This document shows, in pieces, positions 49,956 through 64,000 of a stretch of 64,000 nucleotides of DNA (its first letter is position 1; each line of letters starts with the position of its first letter). The stretch is from contig NC_043020.1 of the NCBI RefSeq assembly GCF_006345805.1, forward strand, positions 17,608,001 through 17,672,000. The letters are read 5' to 3'. A program made the position numbers and the translations under genes. This DNA is from Octopus sinensis. Taxonomy: Eukaryota. The notes under the pieces were generated by a model, which made no database searches, was not told the DNA's origin, and saw nothing but the letters and a program-made list of their open reading frames with translations.

Positions 49956-51579
49956 CACCTAGTGAGTTCACTAGGTGTAGCTGTTTGTGTTTGAGAAAAA
50001 GACTGGTGTGGCAGGGTTTTGTGTACGTGTGTAACAGATTCAGTCTTTGTCTCCTGAACAATGTATGATGTTCTAGCACACATTTTCCCTGTATAATGCA
50101 CTTTGTGTGTGTGTTTGTGCATGTGTTTATGTCATTGCAGCTGATTGCATATCAAAGTTTACAAAACACACGCACCCACACACGACGTGGAGGACAGATA
50201 TCTTTATCATTTCTTACAGCTTTGAGGAAATCAGTTTTTATCAAGACATTGACAGCAAAATGCATCAACAGTCATCCACAAAAATTGGTTAACCATTATT
50301 ACTAAACTACTGCCTTTCACACACATGACACTATTACACCGACAACCACCACCACTACTATCACTACCACTACCATTCCTACTATTACCACAACTACTAC
50401 GGCATCTATGATCACCACAGCCATGACTCCTACCACCACCTATTTCTTTATTACCCACAAGGGGCTAAACACAGAGGGAACAAACAAGGACAGACATAGG
50501 TATTAAGTCAATTACATCGACCCCAGTGCATAACTGGTACTTAATGTATCGACCCCGAAAGGATGAAAGGCAAAGTCGACCTCAGTGGGATTTGAACTCA
50601 CAACTTAACGGCAGACGAAATACCGCTAAGCATTTCGCCTGGCGTGCTAACGTTTCTGCCAGCTCGCCGCCACCATCACTCCTACTACCATTACAATCAC
50701 TACTACTACCACCACCACCACCATTGCAGAAATGTATGTATCTGTGGGAGGGGGTGTCTTTATGTCTGTATTTGTCCCCCACCCCCACTTGACGACCAGT
50801 GTTGGTTTGTTTACATCACCATAACTTAGCAGTTCAGCGAAAGAGACCAATAGAGTAAGTACCAAGCTTTAAAAGACATCAGTACTGAAGTCAATCTGTT
50901 CAGCTAAAATTTTTCACTGCAGTGCTCCAGCATGGCCACAGTCTAATGACTGAAACAAGTAAAAAACAAAAGATATTGAATCCTCTGATTTTATTAGTGA
51001 AGGCATCTTTAACCCTGTATCATTTAATCTGGCCATATCCTACTTGTTTTATGTTAAAACTGCCCAGATTCAACCTTTCACACTTACCCTACAATGTCAT
51101 TCTAAAAATATGCAAACACATTTGAATTAATCACACATTACCTTGTAGTTTCAAGATTCCAATGATATCATCATCATCATCATCATTCCAATGGGGTTGT
51201 CATGGACGTTGAATGATGATGATGATGACACCTTTGAACTCTTGAAGCTACAAAATATAATGTGAGATTAATTCAAAACAATGTGAATAAATAAGTAATA
51301 GGTGTAGGCATGGCTTTGTGGTAAGAAGCTTGCTTCCCTACTACATGGTTCTAGGTTCAGTCCCACTGCATGGCACCTTGGGCAAGTGTCTTCTATTGTA
51401 GCCTCGGGCTGACCAAAGCCTTGTGAGTGAATTTGGTAGACGGAAACTGAAAGAAGCCCATCATATATATATTTGGTCATCCCATAAATAATGCATTTTT
51501 TTTGTACTTCTTTTATTTTTCAAAATTGAGGTAAACAAAGTTCTTTTTTAATCTAAAATATACTCTCCTTCATTTTCTA

Positions 51580-51770
51580 CAATGCTCTTCCATCTATCTG
51601 GTAGACTTGCGAGGTCTCTCTTCCAAAATTCATTTGTCTGAGTCTGCCACTCTCGCATCGGTCTCTACAGCCACAGGAGGCATTGCAAAAACTGAATAGA
51701 CAACTCAATGGACAGATGACATCATCCATGGTCAGCCATGACCAACGGAGGCCCTTAAGAAGAGTGGAAT
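51580..51770 (+). mobile_element. RTE LINE 3' end remnant
   Basis: CHSRIGLYSHRRHC* followed by CATCCATGGTCAGCCATGACCAACGGAGGCC, an RTE-type terminus. Confidence 0.7.
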
Positions 51771-51929
51771 AACATAAAATGATGTGCCTTGCTCAAGGAC
51801 ACAATGCCCAGTCGAGGTGCCAAAGTAACTTTCTTATGATTGTAATCTCAACACCCTAACCATTATGCCATGTGCCTTCACAAATTAATATGTATACACA
51901 AACCTACTCAGGTTTTGAGCATTATTATT

Positions 51930-53210
51930 GATGAAGTTTAAGGATGGCTGCTCACATCTACACCAAGAAAAAGTTATATTATGAAGCACTGGCAGAAACA
52001 TTTTAGCTTCTGTACCAACCCTTAAGTTTCTTGTGAGGCTCTGGAATGTATCCAACAGCTTCTGGAAGGAAGACAGCAGTTTAGATCTATAACCAAATAT
52101 AGAGGAACTAGTAACTACAATCTGTGAGCCAAAACTGGGGAAAGCTGCTGGTGTTGTCAGCACTCTTGTAGAAGGCTATAAATATAATGGGAAGCAATTA
52201 TTGTATTGTAGACTTCTCCAATTCTTTAGAGAATGGCAATGTAGTAACCTTCTCCAGCAGTTTGATGATGCACAGATAGTCATCATTTACAAGTGGAATT
52301 TCTCTTTTCTCAATTGCCAGGAAAATTCAAAAGAATTACTGCTTCGGTAATCACAAAAAATACTCAAGTAAATTCTTCCTGGAATCCAGTGAAGATCTTG
52401 CTCCAACATTATGATTTTTATCTCATGACAAAATCAAAAAAGCGCTATCAATGGCATATCCCACGTTTCATTCTATTCTTTGACTTTACAAAGGCTTTTA
52501 AAAATGTGGGAAGAGAGGACTTATGGATTCTGCCCAAATATGAGTTGTCAGACAAATTTGTGGAGAAGGTCAAGCAATGGCCTAGTGGTCAGGGTGTTGC
52601 ACTCATGGTCACCAGGTCATGGGTTTGATTCCTATATCAGTGGTGCATAGTGTTCTTGAGCAAAACACTTCATTTCACATTGTTTTGGCCCATTTGACTG
52701 TAAATGGCTAACCCTGCAAGGGACCGGCATTCCATGCAGGGGTAATTTGCACCTACCTATTTCTTTATTACCCACAAGGGGCTAAACACAGAGGGGACAA
52801 ACAAGGACAGACAAACGGATTAAGTCGATTACATCGACCCCAGTGCGTAACTGGTACTTAATTTATCGACCCCGAATGAAAGGCAAAGTCGACCTCGGTG
52901 GAATTTGAACTCATAACGTAACGGCAGAGGAAATACGGCTACGCATTTCACCCGGTGTGCTAACGATTCTGCCAGCTCACCGCTTTTGCACCTAATTTGC
53001 ACCTACCTGCTTAGTCATCAGGGTGGCATCATTCAAAAGCTACAACAATGTGCAGAAATGTACAGTAACCAGTGGTGAATGACAACATCTGATACTCTGG
53101 ATGATACACTGGTATTTGTCGCAATATCTTTAGAGCAACAGCTTGCCTCCTTTCTAGTTGTTACTGAAGTGAGGCTGACTTGTGTACTGACTCTGATACT
53201 GTTTGAAATA
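51930..53210 (+). mobile_element. Decayed RTE reverse transcriptase segment, interrupted by SINEs
   Basis: PNIEELVTTI...GKAAG...DAQIVIIYK; FDFTKAFKNVGREDLW; TEVRLTCVLTLILF. Confidence 0.75.
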
Positions 53211-53311
53211 TTTCTGGATGGCAGTGAGCTGGCAGAATCATTAATTCACTGGCAAAATGATTAGCGGCATTTTACCAGTCTTTACATTTTGAGTTCAAAT
53301 TCTGCTGAGGT

Positions 53312-53370
<59 letters not shown>

Positions 53371-54787
53371 AGAGGCTTCTTTTAGTTTCCATCTTCCAAA
53401 CCTACCCACAGACTTCGGTCAGCCTCAGAACACTTGACTAAAGTTCTGTGCAGTGGAACTAAACCCAAAGATAGATGATTGGACAGTGAACCTCTTAACT
53501 ACACAACTATGTCTGGCTGCATGAGTTTGTCTATGTGTGTGCGAAGGTGCCTGGTTTAGTGGTTAGGGTATTCAGCTCATGATCATAAGATTGGGAGTTA
53601 AATTCAATGTGGTACATTGTATCCTTGAGCAAGACACTTTATTTCATGTTGCTCCAATTCACTCTGCTCGCAAAAATGAATAGTACATGTAATTCAGTTG
53701 GCCAGCTTTGTCACATTCTGTGTGTTATGGTGAATCTCTGAATCTCCCTGAAAGTAAAGGTACATGTGTCTATGGAGGACTCAGCCACTTGCACATTAAT
53801 ATCATGAGCAGGCTGTTAGGTTGATTCAAATCAGCTGGGGCCCTCATCACCAATAGATTGCCAGGAGTGGCTGTGTGGTCAGTAGCTTGCTTACCAACCA
53901 TATGGTCCTGGGTTCAACCCACTGTGTGGCACCTTCGGCAAGTGTCTTATACTATAGCCTTGGGCCAACCAAAGCCTTGTGAGTGGATTTGGTAGACGGA
54001 AACTGGAAGAAGCCCATCGTGTATATATATATATGTGTGTTTGTGTTTGTCCCCCCAACATCGCTTAACAACCAATGCTGGTGTGTTTATGTCCCTGTAA
54101 CTTAGCTGTTCGGCAAAAGAGATCAATAGAATAAGTACTAGGCTTACAAAGAATAAGCTCTGGGGTCAATTTGCTCGACTAAAGGTGGTGCTCCAGCATG
54201 GCCGCAGTCAAATGACTGAAACAAGTAAAAGAGTAAAGAGTATATATATATATATGTGTGTGTGTGTGTGCATGTGTACATAATCTGTGTGTGTGTGTGT
54301 GTTAGAGTTGAAATTATCGAGTAATTAGCAAAAACACATTTTATGCAAATTAAAAATCTCGCTTGTCATACCTGATGACATATTCGGCAAAATTCTCACA
54401 ACCTGTTCCTAATAATGCATACACTCATGCACACACACACACACATACATACGCACAGTTTTGTATGTATGCCCATGTATGCAAAGCTGTCTATTGCAAA
54501 AATGGCTTTAACTGTCGTTATGTGTTTGTGTGTAAACACAGCAGAGATGTGGTCAGAGTAGTGTCTGTTTTTTACATGACTAAAGATATTTGTACGATGA
54601 CTGTGTGTGAGTGTTTGTGAGTAAGCCTCTTTGTGTGTGTTTGTGTGTGCAAGCGAGCGCATATATGAGCCTGTTTGTATACATGTGCCTGTAGAATACT
54701 TTAATCTCTATAGAAATAAAAGTACATTCAGAAAACTGTTCTGAACATGGTTTGAATATAAAATGCAGTGTGTATTTGTATGTGTTG

Positions 54788-54819
<32 letters not shown>

Positions 54820-54833
<14 letters not shown>

Positions 54834-55061
54834 TTGTGTGTGGATATATATGTGAGTATATATGTGTGTGTGTTTGTGTGTGGATATATATGTGAGTATA
54901 TATGTGTGTGTGTTTGTGTGTGGATATATATGTGAGTATATATGTGTGTGGTGTTTGTGTGTGGATATATATGTGAGTATATATGTGTGTGTGTTTTTGT
55001 GTGGATATATATGTGAGTATATATGTGTGTGTGTTTGTGTTTGTGTGGATATATATGTGAG

Positions 55062-55093
<32 letters not shown>

Positions 55094-55290
55094 GATATAT
55101 ATGTGAGTATATATGTGTGTGTGTTTGTGTGTGGATATATATGTGAGTATATATGTGTGTGTGTTTGTGTGTGGATATATATGTGAGTATATATGTGTGT
55201 GTGTTTGTGTGTGGATATATATGTGAGTATATATATGTGTGTGTGTGTGTGTTTGTGTGTGGATATATATGTGAGTATATATACGTGTAT
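54820..55290. repeat. ~32-38-bp minisatellite (about 12 copies)
   Basis: Unit (TG)nTTTGTGTGTGGATATATATGTGAGTATATA. Confidence 0.9.
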
Positions 55291-55899
55291 ATGTATGTAT
55301 GTGTTTGCATATATGTGTATGTTTATAAATTTATGGTGTGTGCGTGAGTGTAATACTTTATTTGTATGTTCAGATTTGTGTGTGTGTGTGTGTATGTATA
55401 TTTTAGCTGTATAGTATGCATGCATAAATGTATGACTATGGAGCTATATGTTTACATGATGTGTGTGGGTGTGTATGTGTTGATGTATATATATGTATGT
55501 TTGTATATGTGTGGTTATGTGTGTGGATATATATGTATGTATGTGTTTGCATATATATATATATATGTGTCTGTTTATAAAGTTATGGTGTGTGCGTGCA
55601 TCTAATACTTTATTTTTATGTTCAGATTTGTGAGTGTGTGTATATATATATATATTTTAGCTGTATACTATGCATGGATAAATGTATGACTATGGAGCTA
55701 TATGTCAGCATGATGGTACTTTTGTGTATCTACATATATGGCTATATGACTTGAGTGTGTTAAGAAATGTTTCAAGTTCCTACGTGTATGTTTGTGTGCA
55801 TGCACATGTCTACATTTCATATGTATGTCTATATGATTGTCCGTTTAATGTGTGTGTGTGTGTGTGTGTTCATATTTTGGCTTCCACCTTTTTTTTTTT

Positions 55900-56305
55900 G
55901 AGGGAGATTTGGCTGCTATTTCAAGTCAGTTGAAAAATTATGTAGAATCTCCCACATTGGCTTGTGAAAGTTGTGTAGTTTAGTGTTCAAGATGGTAGGA
56001 TGTGTTTGAGGGAGATTTGGCTGCTATTTCAAGTCAGTTGAAAGACTACGTAGAATCTCCCACATTGGGTTATGAAAGTTGTGTAGTTTAGTGTTTAAGA
56101 TGGTAAGATGTGATTTGAGGGAGATTTGGCTGCTATTTCAAGTCAGTTGAAATTCTATGAAGAATCTCCCACATTGGCTAATGAAAGTTGTGTAGTTTCG
56201 TGTTTGAGATGGTAGGATGTGATTTGAGGGAGATTCGGTTGCTATTTCTATTCGGTTGAGTGGCTATATAGAATCTTGCACATTGGCTTGTGAAAGTTGT
56301 GTATT
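55900..56305 (+). repeat. 108-109-bp tandem repeat, about 3.7 copies
   Basis: Units start at 55900, 56008, 56117 and 56226 with GAGGGAGATT(T/C)GG(C/T)TGCTATTTC. Confidence 0.9.
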
Positions 56306-56381
56306 TTTGCTGATTAACATGTGTATGTGTGTGTGTATCTATTGTGTTTCTGTACTGTTCTTCATACTTCTGTGCAATGAT

Positions 56382-56441
<60 letters not shown>

Positions 56442-58335
56442 GGTGCAGGCGTGGCTGTGTTGTAAGAAGCTTACTTCCTAACCACATGGTTCTGGGTTCA
56501 GCCCCACTGCATGGCACCTTGGGCAAGTGTCTTCTACCATAGCCTCAGGCTGATCAAAGCCTTTTGAGTGGATTTGACAGATGGAAACTGAAAGATATTG
56601 CTATCACCGACCTGAGCACCATTTGAGCACCTGACTCTCTTGAATCCTGGAAATTTATTCTTTTGTTCTTTTACTTGTTTTGGTCATTTGACTGCAGCCA
56701 TGCTGGAGCTCTGCCTTAAAGGGTTTTAGACAGAGAAATCGCCCCCAGGACGTATTCTTTGTAAACCTAGTACTTATTCTATTGATCTCCTTTGCCAAAC
56801 TGCTAAGTTACGGGCATGTAAACATACCAGCATTAGTTGTCATATGACAGCGGGGGTACAAACACACACAAACATACATATACATCGTGCCGGTGGCACG
56901 TAAAAAGCACCATCCGATTGTGGCCATTTGCCAGCCTCGTCTGGCACGTAAAAAGTACCCACTACACTCACGGAGTGGTTGGCGTTAGGAAGGGCATCCA
57001 GCTGTAGAAACATTGCCAGATCAGACTGGGCCTGGTGCAGCCTTCTGGCTTCCCAGACACCAGTTGAACTGTCCAACTCATGCCAGCATGGAAAGCAGAT
57101 GCTAAATAATGATGATACGATGGCCTTCTTTAAGTCTCTGTCTACCAAATTCACTCATAAGGCTTTGGTCAGCCCAAGATTCTCCTCAAAGTGTAAGGTG
57201 GGAATGGGGGCTTGTAACTTTTTGTTAATATAGCATATTCTTGTATGTGCACTGGTATCAAACTACTTATTTTCCATTTTGAAAATGAGGTTGTAGTTGT
57301 GGGGCCAATGCTGGTGTCACATCAATGGCACCCTCTACACTCTTGGAGTGGTTGGTGTTAGGAAGGGCATGCAGCCGTAGAAACCTTCTGGAACCTGGTG
57401 CAGCCCCCTAGCTTACCAGTTTTCAGTCAAACCGTCCAATCCATGCCAGCATGGAAAGCGGATGTAAGACAATGATGATGATATTGATGATGAAACTGTT
57501 TCTGTTTCACAGCTTCAAATTTGAAATAATCATTTTGGCAATAACATCTGATGAATTGTTACACGTGCCATTATTGCTGAGAGAGAGAGAGAGAGAAAGG
57601 AAGGGAGAATCTATGTGCTTTCAGGAGATAGAATCATTATTGCTTTTTAGTTTTTTTCTAGTTTTCAAGTTTTGGTTGTTTTTTTTTTCTTTCAGTGGAG
57701 GGAAAATAAGAAGAGCATCCATGTTTTGTCATAGGATCCTTTATTATTACCAGAACATCCATGTATGGTCCCATTTCATCTTTATTAAGCCTCATCAGCA
57801 CAGATTCATTCAAGTTTTTTTTTTCTTTCTATCTTTTTACTTTCAATTATCTCTTGAATTACCGTTAAACCATTGAAAGCTAAAAGTGAGCTCTTTCTCT
57901 GTCTGTCTGTCTGTCTCTCTCTCTCTCCTACTTATGGAATATGCCAAAAAAGAAAGCGGAAAAAGAGAAAAAAAACCTTGTATGTGCGAGGTGTCAGATG
58001 AAAAAGAGTAGTTAAACACCTACACCTCTGCCTTTCTCTCTTCAATAAGTAGCCATGTGTAGTATATAATATTGGTTGTCGTGAACACCCGCTGTCCAAA
58101 GTAGCTTTTTAGTGAGCTTATTATTACAGAAAGTAAACAGATCACTGGTTGTTTAATATAAACATTAGATCTTTATCACCATTACATGAAAACAACTGCC
58201 GACATGGCTGTGTCAGAGTGTTTGCGTTTGTGCATCTGGGTGTATATTCGTACATGTATGCACACTTACACATTAATATACATAAAAGTGTTTGCATCTA
58301 CACATACATAAATATACACACACACACATACATGT

Positions 58336-58366
<31 letters not shown>

Positions 58367-58419
58367 CACACACACACATACATGTACACACATACATATA
58401 TACATATACGCACACACAT

Positions 58420-58466
<47 letters not shown>

Positions 58467-59230
58467 CATTTATATATTATACACAAATATGTGTGTGTGG
58501 GGGTGTGTCTTTGCAATGCCATTTAGTCTACTCATAAGTGGGTGAACCTTTTAAATGCAGTAATTTGGAATAGCAGAAAACCATTCCAAATTGATATATT
58601 TGTCTAATTGAAAACTGATATTTCCAAAGTATCAAATTTAAATTAAATATATAAGAAATATTTAAAAAAAAAAAAGGTTACACCCCACTGCTTCCAAATA
58701 CACACACACACACACACACACACATACACACATGCATCCATACATATCATCATCATCATCATCATCATTGTTGTTGTCGTTATCGTTTAATGCCCTCCTT
58801 ATATGCTGGCATGGGTTGGACCATTTTACAGGAGATGGCCAGGCAGGAAACTGCACTGTACTTCTGTGTTTGTTTTGGCATGGTTTTTATGGCCGGGTGC
58901 CCTTCTGAACACCAACCACCCTAATGAAACCATGGCTTGTGGGTTCCTGCCCATACTTGCAACAATGGATTCTGCTAAGGAAATCCAAGGATGAAGTAAT
59001 ATGATGTTGAATCTGGCAGTCTACCATACAAAAAGGATTTGGATTCTGACTGTGACTTCAGAGTTTTGCCAATGATGATAGAATCAGCTTGCTTACCAAC
59101 CACATGGTTCCAGGTTCAGTCCCACTGCATGGCAACTTGGGCAAGTGTCTTCTACTATAGCCTCAGGCCAAACAAAGTCTTGTGAGTGGATTTGGTAGAC
59201 GGAAACTGAAGCAAGCCCATCATATATATG

Positions 59231-59263
<33 letters not shown>

Positions 59264-59264
59264 A

Positions 59265-59295
<31 letters not shown>

Positions 59296-60112
59296 TTGTC
59301 CCCCCAACATCGTTTGACAACCGATGGTGGTGTGTTTACGTCCCTGTAACTTAGCGGTTCGGCAAAAGAGACCGATAGAATAAATACTAGGCTTCCAAAG
59401 AATAAGTCTTGGGGTCGATTTGCTCAACTAAAGGTGGTGCTCCAGCATGGCCACAGTCACATGACTGATACAAGTAAAAGAGTAAAAGAGAAAAGGGAAT
59501 GACAGAATAAAATATGAAGTCAAATTTGGCAAGATTTGAACTCAGAACCATGGAATGTTGTGCAAGTGGCATATTCACCATAGCTTTAGATAAACTGAGG
59601 CCTTGTGAATGAAATTGGGTGGATAGAAATCATGTGGATGTCTGGTCTAGCGACTGCACCTGTGATTCGACTTGGTCACACGCTGTGTCATGTTGACCCT
59701 GGTCAAAGATTACATTAGAAGCACACTAGTCTGTGGAATATTCGGTCATTCATGTGCTAATTCAGTGAACCAGTTGTTCAGTTAAAGAAACAAGGGAAAA
59801 ACTCATGCAGTCAGAAATTCCGACTGAGATTCATTTATTTTCTGTGAGATATATAAAGGTGTGAGAGATATCTTTTGTTTTTTATCTGTTGTGTTTCAGT
59901 CATCAGACTGCGGCCATGCTGGAGCATTGCCTTGAAGAATTTTGAAGAATTTTAGTCATATGAATTGACCCAAGTATTTATTTTTTTTTTTTTCTTCAAG
60001 CTTGGTACTTATTCTGTTAGTCTCTTTTGCTGAACCACTAAGTTATGAGGGCATAAACACTTCAATACTGGTTGTCGAGCAGTGGTGAGGAACAAACACA
60101 CACACACACACA

Positions 60113-60143
<31 letters not shown>

Positions 60144-60144
60144 C

Positions 60145-60177
<33 letters not shown>

Positions 60178-60423
60178 GCATATGTGTATTCTTTTACTCT
60201 TTCATTCTTTTACCTGTTTCAGTCATTCGACTGTGGCCATGCTGGAGCACCGCCTTAAGTCGAGCAAATCGACCCCAGGACTTACACTTTGTAAGCCTAG
60301 TACTTATTCTACCAGTCTCTTTTGCCGAACTACTAGGTTACAGGGACGTAAACACACCAACATCGGTTGTCAAACGATGTTGGGGGTCAAACACAGAAAC
60401 ACAAACATATACACACATGCACG

Positions 60424-60459
<36 letters not shown>

Positions 60460-60683
60460 AACATATGTATATATATATGACAGGCTTCTTTCAGTTTCTT
60501 TGTACCAAATCCATTCACAAGGCCTTGGTCAGCCCGAGACTATAGTAGAAGACACACTAGGTGCCACACAGTGGGACTGAACCCAGAACCATGTGGTTGC
60601 TAAGCAAGCTACTTGCCACACAGCTACTCCTGCACCTATATATATATATATATCATCATCATATATATATATATATATATCAT

Positions 60684-60727
<44 letters not shown>

Positions 60728-60729
60728 CC

Positions 60730-60930
60730 TCCAGTAAGCACATAAATGCAAAACAAGGTGGAAAAATAGTACTTGAATACCAAAGGTAGAGTAATATGCT
60801 TTTTATTACAGCAGAAAAAAAAAATCTTCACAAACTGTTACTCAGTTTCACATTTCCATTTGTTGGACAGTTGTGAGGTAACATGAAACTCTGAGTATCA
60901 GTTTGTAAAGATTTTTTGGCTTTAATAAAT

Positions 60931-60931
<1 letters not shown>
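60730..60931 (-). mobile_element. Decayed family-A pLTR-like element with a partial inverted arm
   Basis: Starts CCAGTAAGCACATAAATG like 31021; decayed hammerhead at ~60835-60870(-) and a partial inverted copy at ~60880-60905; runs into (TA)n. Confidence 0.6.
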
Positions 60932-60962
<31 letters not shown>

Positions 60963-61806
60963 TATCATCATCATTATCATTTAACATCCATCTTCCATGC
61001 TGGCATAAGTTAGAGAGCTGCACCAGGTTCCAACCTGATTTGGCATGGTTTTCTTTGGCTGGATGCCCTTCCTAATGCCAACCACTCTGAGAGTGTAATG
61101 AGTGCTTTTTACTGGTATGGGTGCCATTTACGTGTCACATGTAAATGGCCACAACTACAATTTCATGGGTGCCATGGGCTTCTTTCAGTTTCTGTCTATG
61201 GAAACCACTAACAAGGTTTTGGTCATCGCAGGGCTATAATAGAAGACACTTGTCTAGAATGCCACACTGTGGGGCTGAAACCCATACCTGAGTCTGTGAG
61301 GAGTAAATGTTAGATTTAAAATAATAATAATAATAATAATAATAATGAAATAAAATAGAGAAAATAATTTGAATTTGAAAGTGTATTTGTTTTCAGATTG
61401 TGTGAGGATAATTTCTTTTGTAGACTCTTAATTTTTCTTCCCAGCTTTTGTTTGTAACATACTTAACTGTCTTCTTACCTATTCACTAACCATGAGAAAT
61501 GATATTTATAACCTTAAAATATACATACAAGGATTTGTTTGTATGTGTCTTTTATGTGTGTGTGTGTGTCTGTTTGTGTGAGTGTTTGTGTATCTGTGTT
61601 GTGTATGTTAACAAGACATGGCAGAAGGTAACTGAGATTAAGACAAAAAAAAATTCAAATTATCAAAACAAAATTCCACAAGAATTTTTACATAATATGC
61701 ATATTTTTGCTTCACATGTGGGATACATGTTATAAATGGTAATTACTCTGCAAAGTTTATATATGCAGGCATGCACATATATATATATATATATAATATA
61801 TATATA

Positions 61807-61842
<36 letters not shown>

Positions 61843-61858
61843 ATATAAGCATGTTATA

Positions 61859-62078
61859 TATGAGGGGAGCTGAGAAGTTCCTGGCTTTTAAGGGTATTGT
61901 GAAAGCTTGGTTGGAGGCCCACCATTTTGAATTCTTTAACAAGACATAGAAAAAATGAAAGGCTACTGCATTAAGTATGTGAATATGAGAGGGGAATATG
62001 TTGAACAAAATCATAATTAACTGATCCTCTTGTATCTTCTTTTACTCAAAGCCAGGAACTTTTCAACAGCCCCTCATA
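61859..62078 (+). mobile_element. Mariner-derived MITE (216 bp, TA-flanked)
   Basis: TA-TGAGGGGAGCTGAGAAGTTCCTGGCTTT / AAAGCCAGGAACTTTTCAACAGCCCCTCA-TA; internal CIKYVNMRGEYVEQ resembles a mariner C-terminus. Confidence 0.85.
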
Positions 62079-63099
62079 GATGTGTTTGTGTGTGTGTGAT
62101 ATCTGCATTTAATTGCATTTTTATTTTCTTTATTTCTTCTTTGAAGAAATTCTAGCTTGTTGTGGCAAATTAGTAGAGAGGTGAAGCTTTGTATCACATT
62201 TATCCATCTCTGCATTCTTGCATTCAACTCAGTACTAATTAGCATTAGCTAGGGAACTTCAAGTCTTGTAGCATTCATCTGAATAGTTGTCAGTTCTGAA
62301 AATCCTTTTATATATAATTCTAAAACCATTGGACATGTGTTTTCAACAAACCTGCATACCAAGTAAGTTTTTTTTTTCATGTGGTTATACTGTCTATCTC
62401 AGCTATTGGAAGCATATTCTTTACTGCATCTTTTTTAGGCAAAGTGAATGATATTGTCTTTACAGCTGTTTCACAACCAGTTTGTCATTTATCAGAAAAC
62501 ACTTCGTCTTATTTTCTGTTGACAGACAGAACTATGCCAGTAATTCTCTCTTTATAGCTTAATAACTTATACATGCTAACCACAAAATGACGTAGCAAAA
62601 TGACCACTCACGTAATGCTAAGGCAAGGTCTCACTCACACATTCACACACTCATACACACACGGTTACTCCTCATACAACATACAACTGACTTCTTTCAA
62701 TTTCAATCTATCAAATGCACTCAAAAGACTTTGGTCAACCCAGAACTCTAATAAGTACCAAGCTTACAAAAAATCAGTACCGGTGTCAATTAGTTCAACT
62801 AGGTCCCAGCATGGCTGCAGTCTAATGACTGGAACAAGTATAGGAGTAAAAAAAACTTTATTCTAAAGTTTTAAGGTTTAATCTTCACAATTTGTTGGGT
62901 AGAAAAGTGGATGTGTGTGTGCATATATGTCTGCATGTGTGTGTGTGTGTATATATTATGTGTGTTATACGTTCCATAGTTTCATGACCTAATTTTCACA
63001 ATATCTCAGATAGATAAGTACATGTATTTTGAGAGGTGGTGGAGTGTCATTCCAAAGTTGCATGACCTAATCATCGTAGTGCAGATAGATGGCAATGTG

Positions 63100-63600
63100 T
63101 GTTTCTGTGCAAATGTATGTGTATGTATATGTGTATATATGTATATACTTGTTTGAATATGTGTGTATAAGCATATATATTTGTATGTGTATAAGCATAT
63201 AAATGTGTGTATGTATGTGTGTATATATGTATATGCTTGCTTGAATGTGTGTGTGTAAACATATATATATATGTGTGTGTATGTATGTGTGTATATATGT
63301 ATATGCTTGCTTGAATGTGTGTGTGTGTAAGCATATATATTTGTGTGTGTATAAGCATATAAATGTCTGTTTATGTATGTGTGTATATATGTATATGCTT
63401 GTTTGAATATGTGTGTGTAAACATATATATATATGTGTGTGTGTGTGTGTCTGTCTGTAAGCATGTGTGTGTGAGCATATGTATATATGTAAGCAAACAT
63501 ATATGTATGTGTAGGTCTATGTATGCACATATGTATAAATGTGTGTATACTTGCATTTATATACATGTATGTGTATCTTAGTATATGAACACCTGTGTGT
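63100..63600. repeat. Microsatellite-derived minisatellite
   Basis: Repeated TGCTTG(C/T)TTGAAT...AAGCATAT units in an AT/GT background. Confidence 0.8.
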
Positions 63601-64000
63601 GTCTGCAATACTGTATTTTTTCTTAAAATGGGTGAAGTGGCAGAACTGTTAGAGCTCTGAAAAATATGACCTTTCTTCCAGCTCCTTATGTTCTGTGTTC
63701 AAATCCTGCTGAGGTCAACTTTGCATTTCATCCTTTCAAGGTTAATAAAATAAAATACTAGCTGAATACTGAGATAGATTTAATTGATTTGGCCCCTCCT
63801 CTCAAAATTTCTAGTCTGGTGCTAAAATTTGAAACCATTATATCATGTTCTTAAACCTTGCTTTTTCATTTCTGCTTAACCATTATAAAGAAGTGTTTGT
63901 AGGAAGGTTTTAATCCATTAGCATCTAAACTGACCATATCCAGCTCAAATATTTTACCTGATTTATGTCAAACTGGCCAGATTTGGCATCTCACACCTAC

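Noticed and set aside
51885-52163. 92-aa minus-strand ORF
   Set aside because: It is the antisense shadow of the plus-strand RTE reverse transcriptase remnant.
54820-56305. Tandem arrays considered as CRISPR-like
   Set aside because: There are no unique spacers between repeats, the context is eukaryotic, and no cas genes are present.

Overview
Repeat-saturated, AT-rich, non-coding animal DNA, either intergenic or deep-intronic. The SINE families and microsatellite load look like an octopus (coleoid cephalopod) genome; this is inferred from recognition, not from a search. I can support no intact host gene, and nearly all ORFs in the track are microsatellite or SINE read-through. The window holds dozens of SINE copies in about 5 families, remnants of RTE and CR1 LINEs, Tc1/mariner relics and MITEs, and one frameshifted host-gene-like fragment sitting inside a (TA)n tract. 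The main finding is at least six unrelated short families that each carry a minimal type I hammerhead-ribozyme fold with a short, palindromic stem III, the type known from Penelope-like element (PLE) pLTRs. Most sit in or beside (TA)n tracts, often as inverted pairs. Several have non-canonical catalytic cores: a recurrent CCGANGA (C in place of U4) and a G3:C8 swap of the C3:G8 pair. All folds were derived by hand; activity is untested and many copies carry CpG-type decay. Repeat boundaries are approximate.
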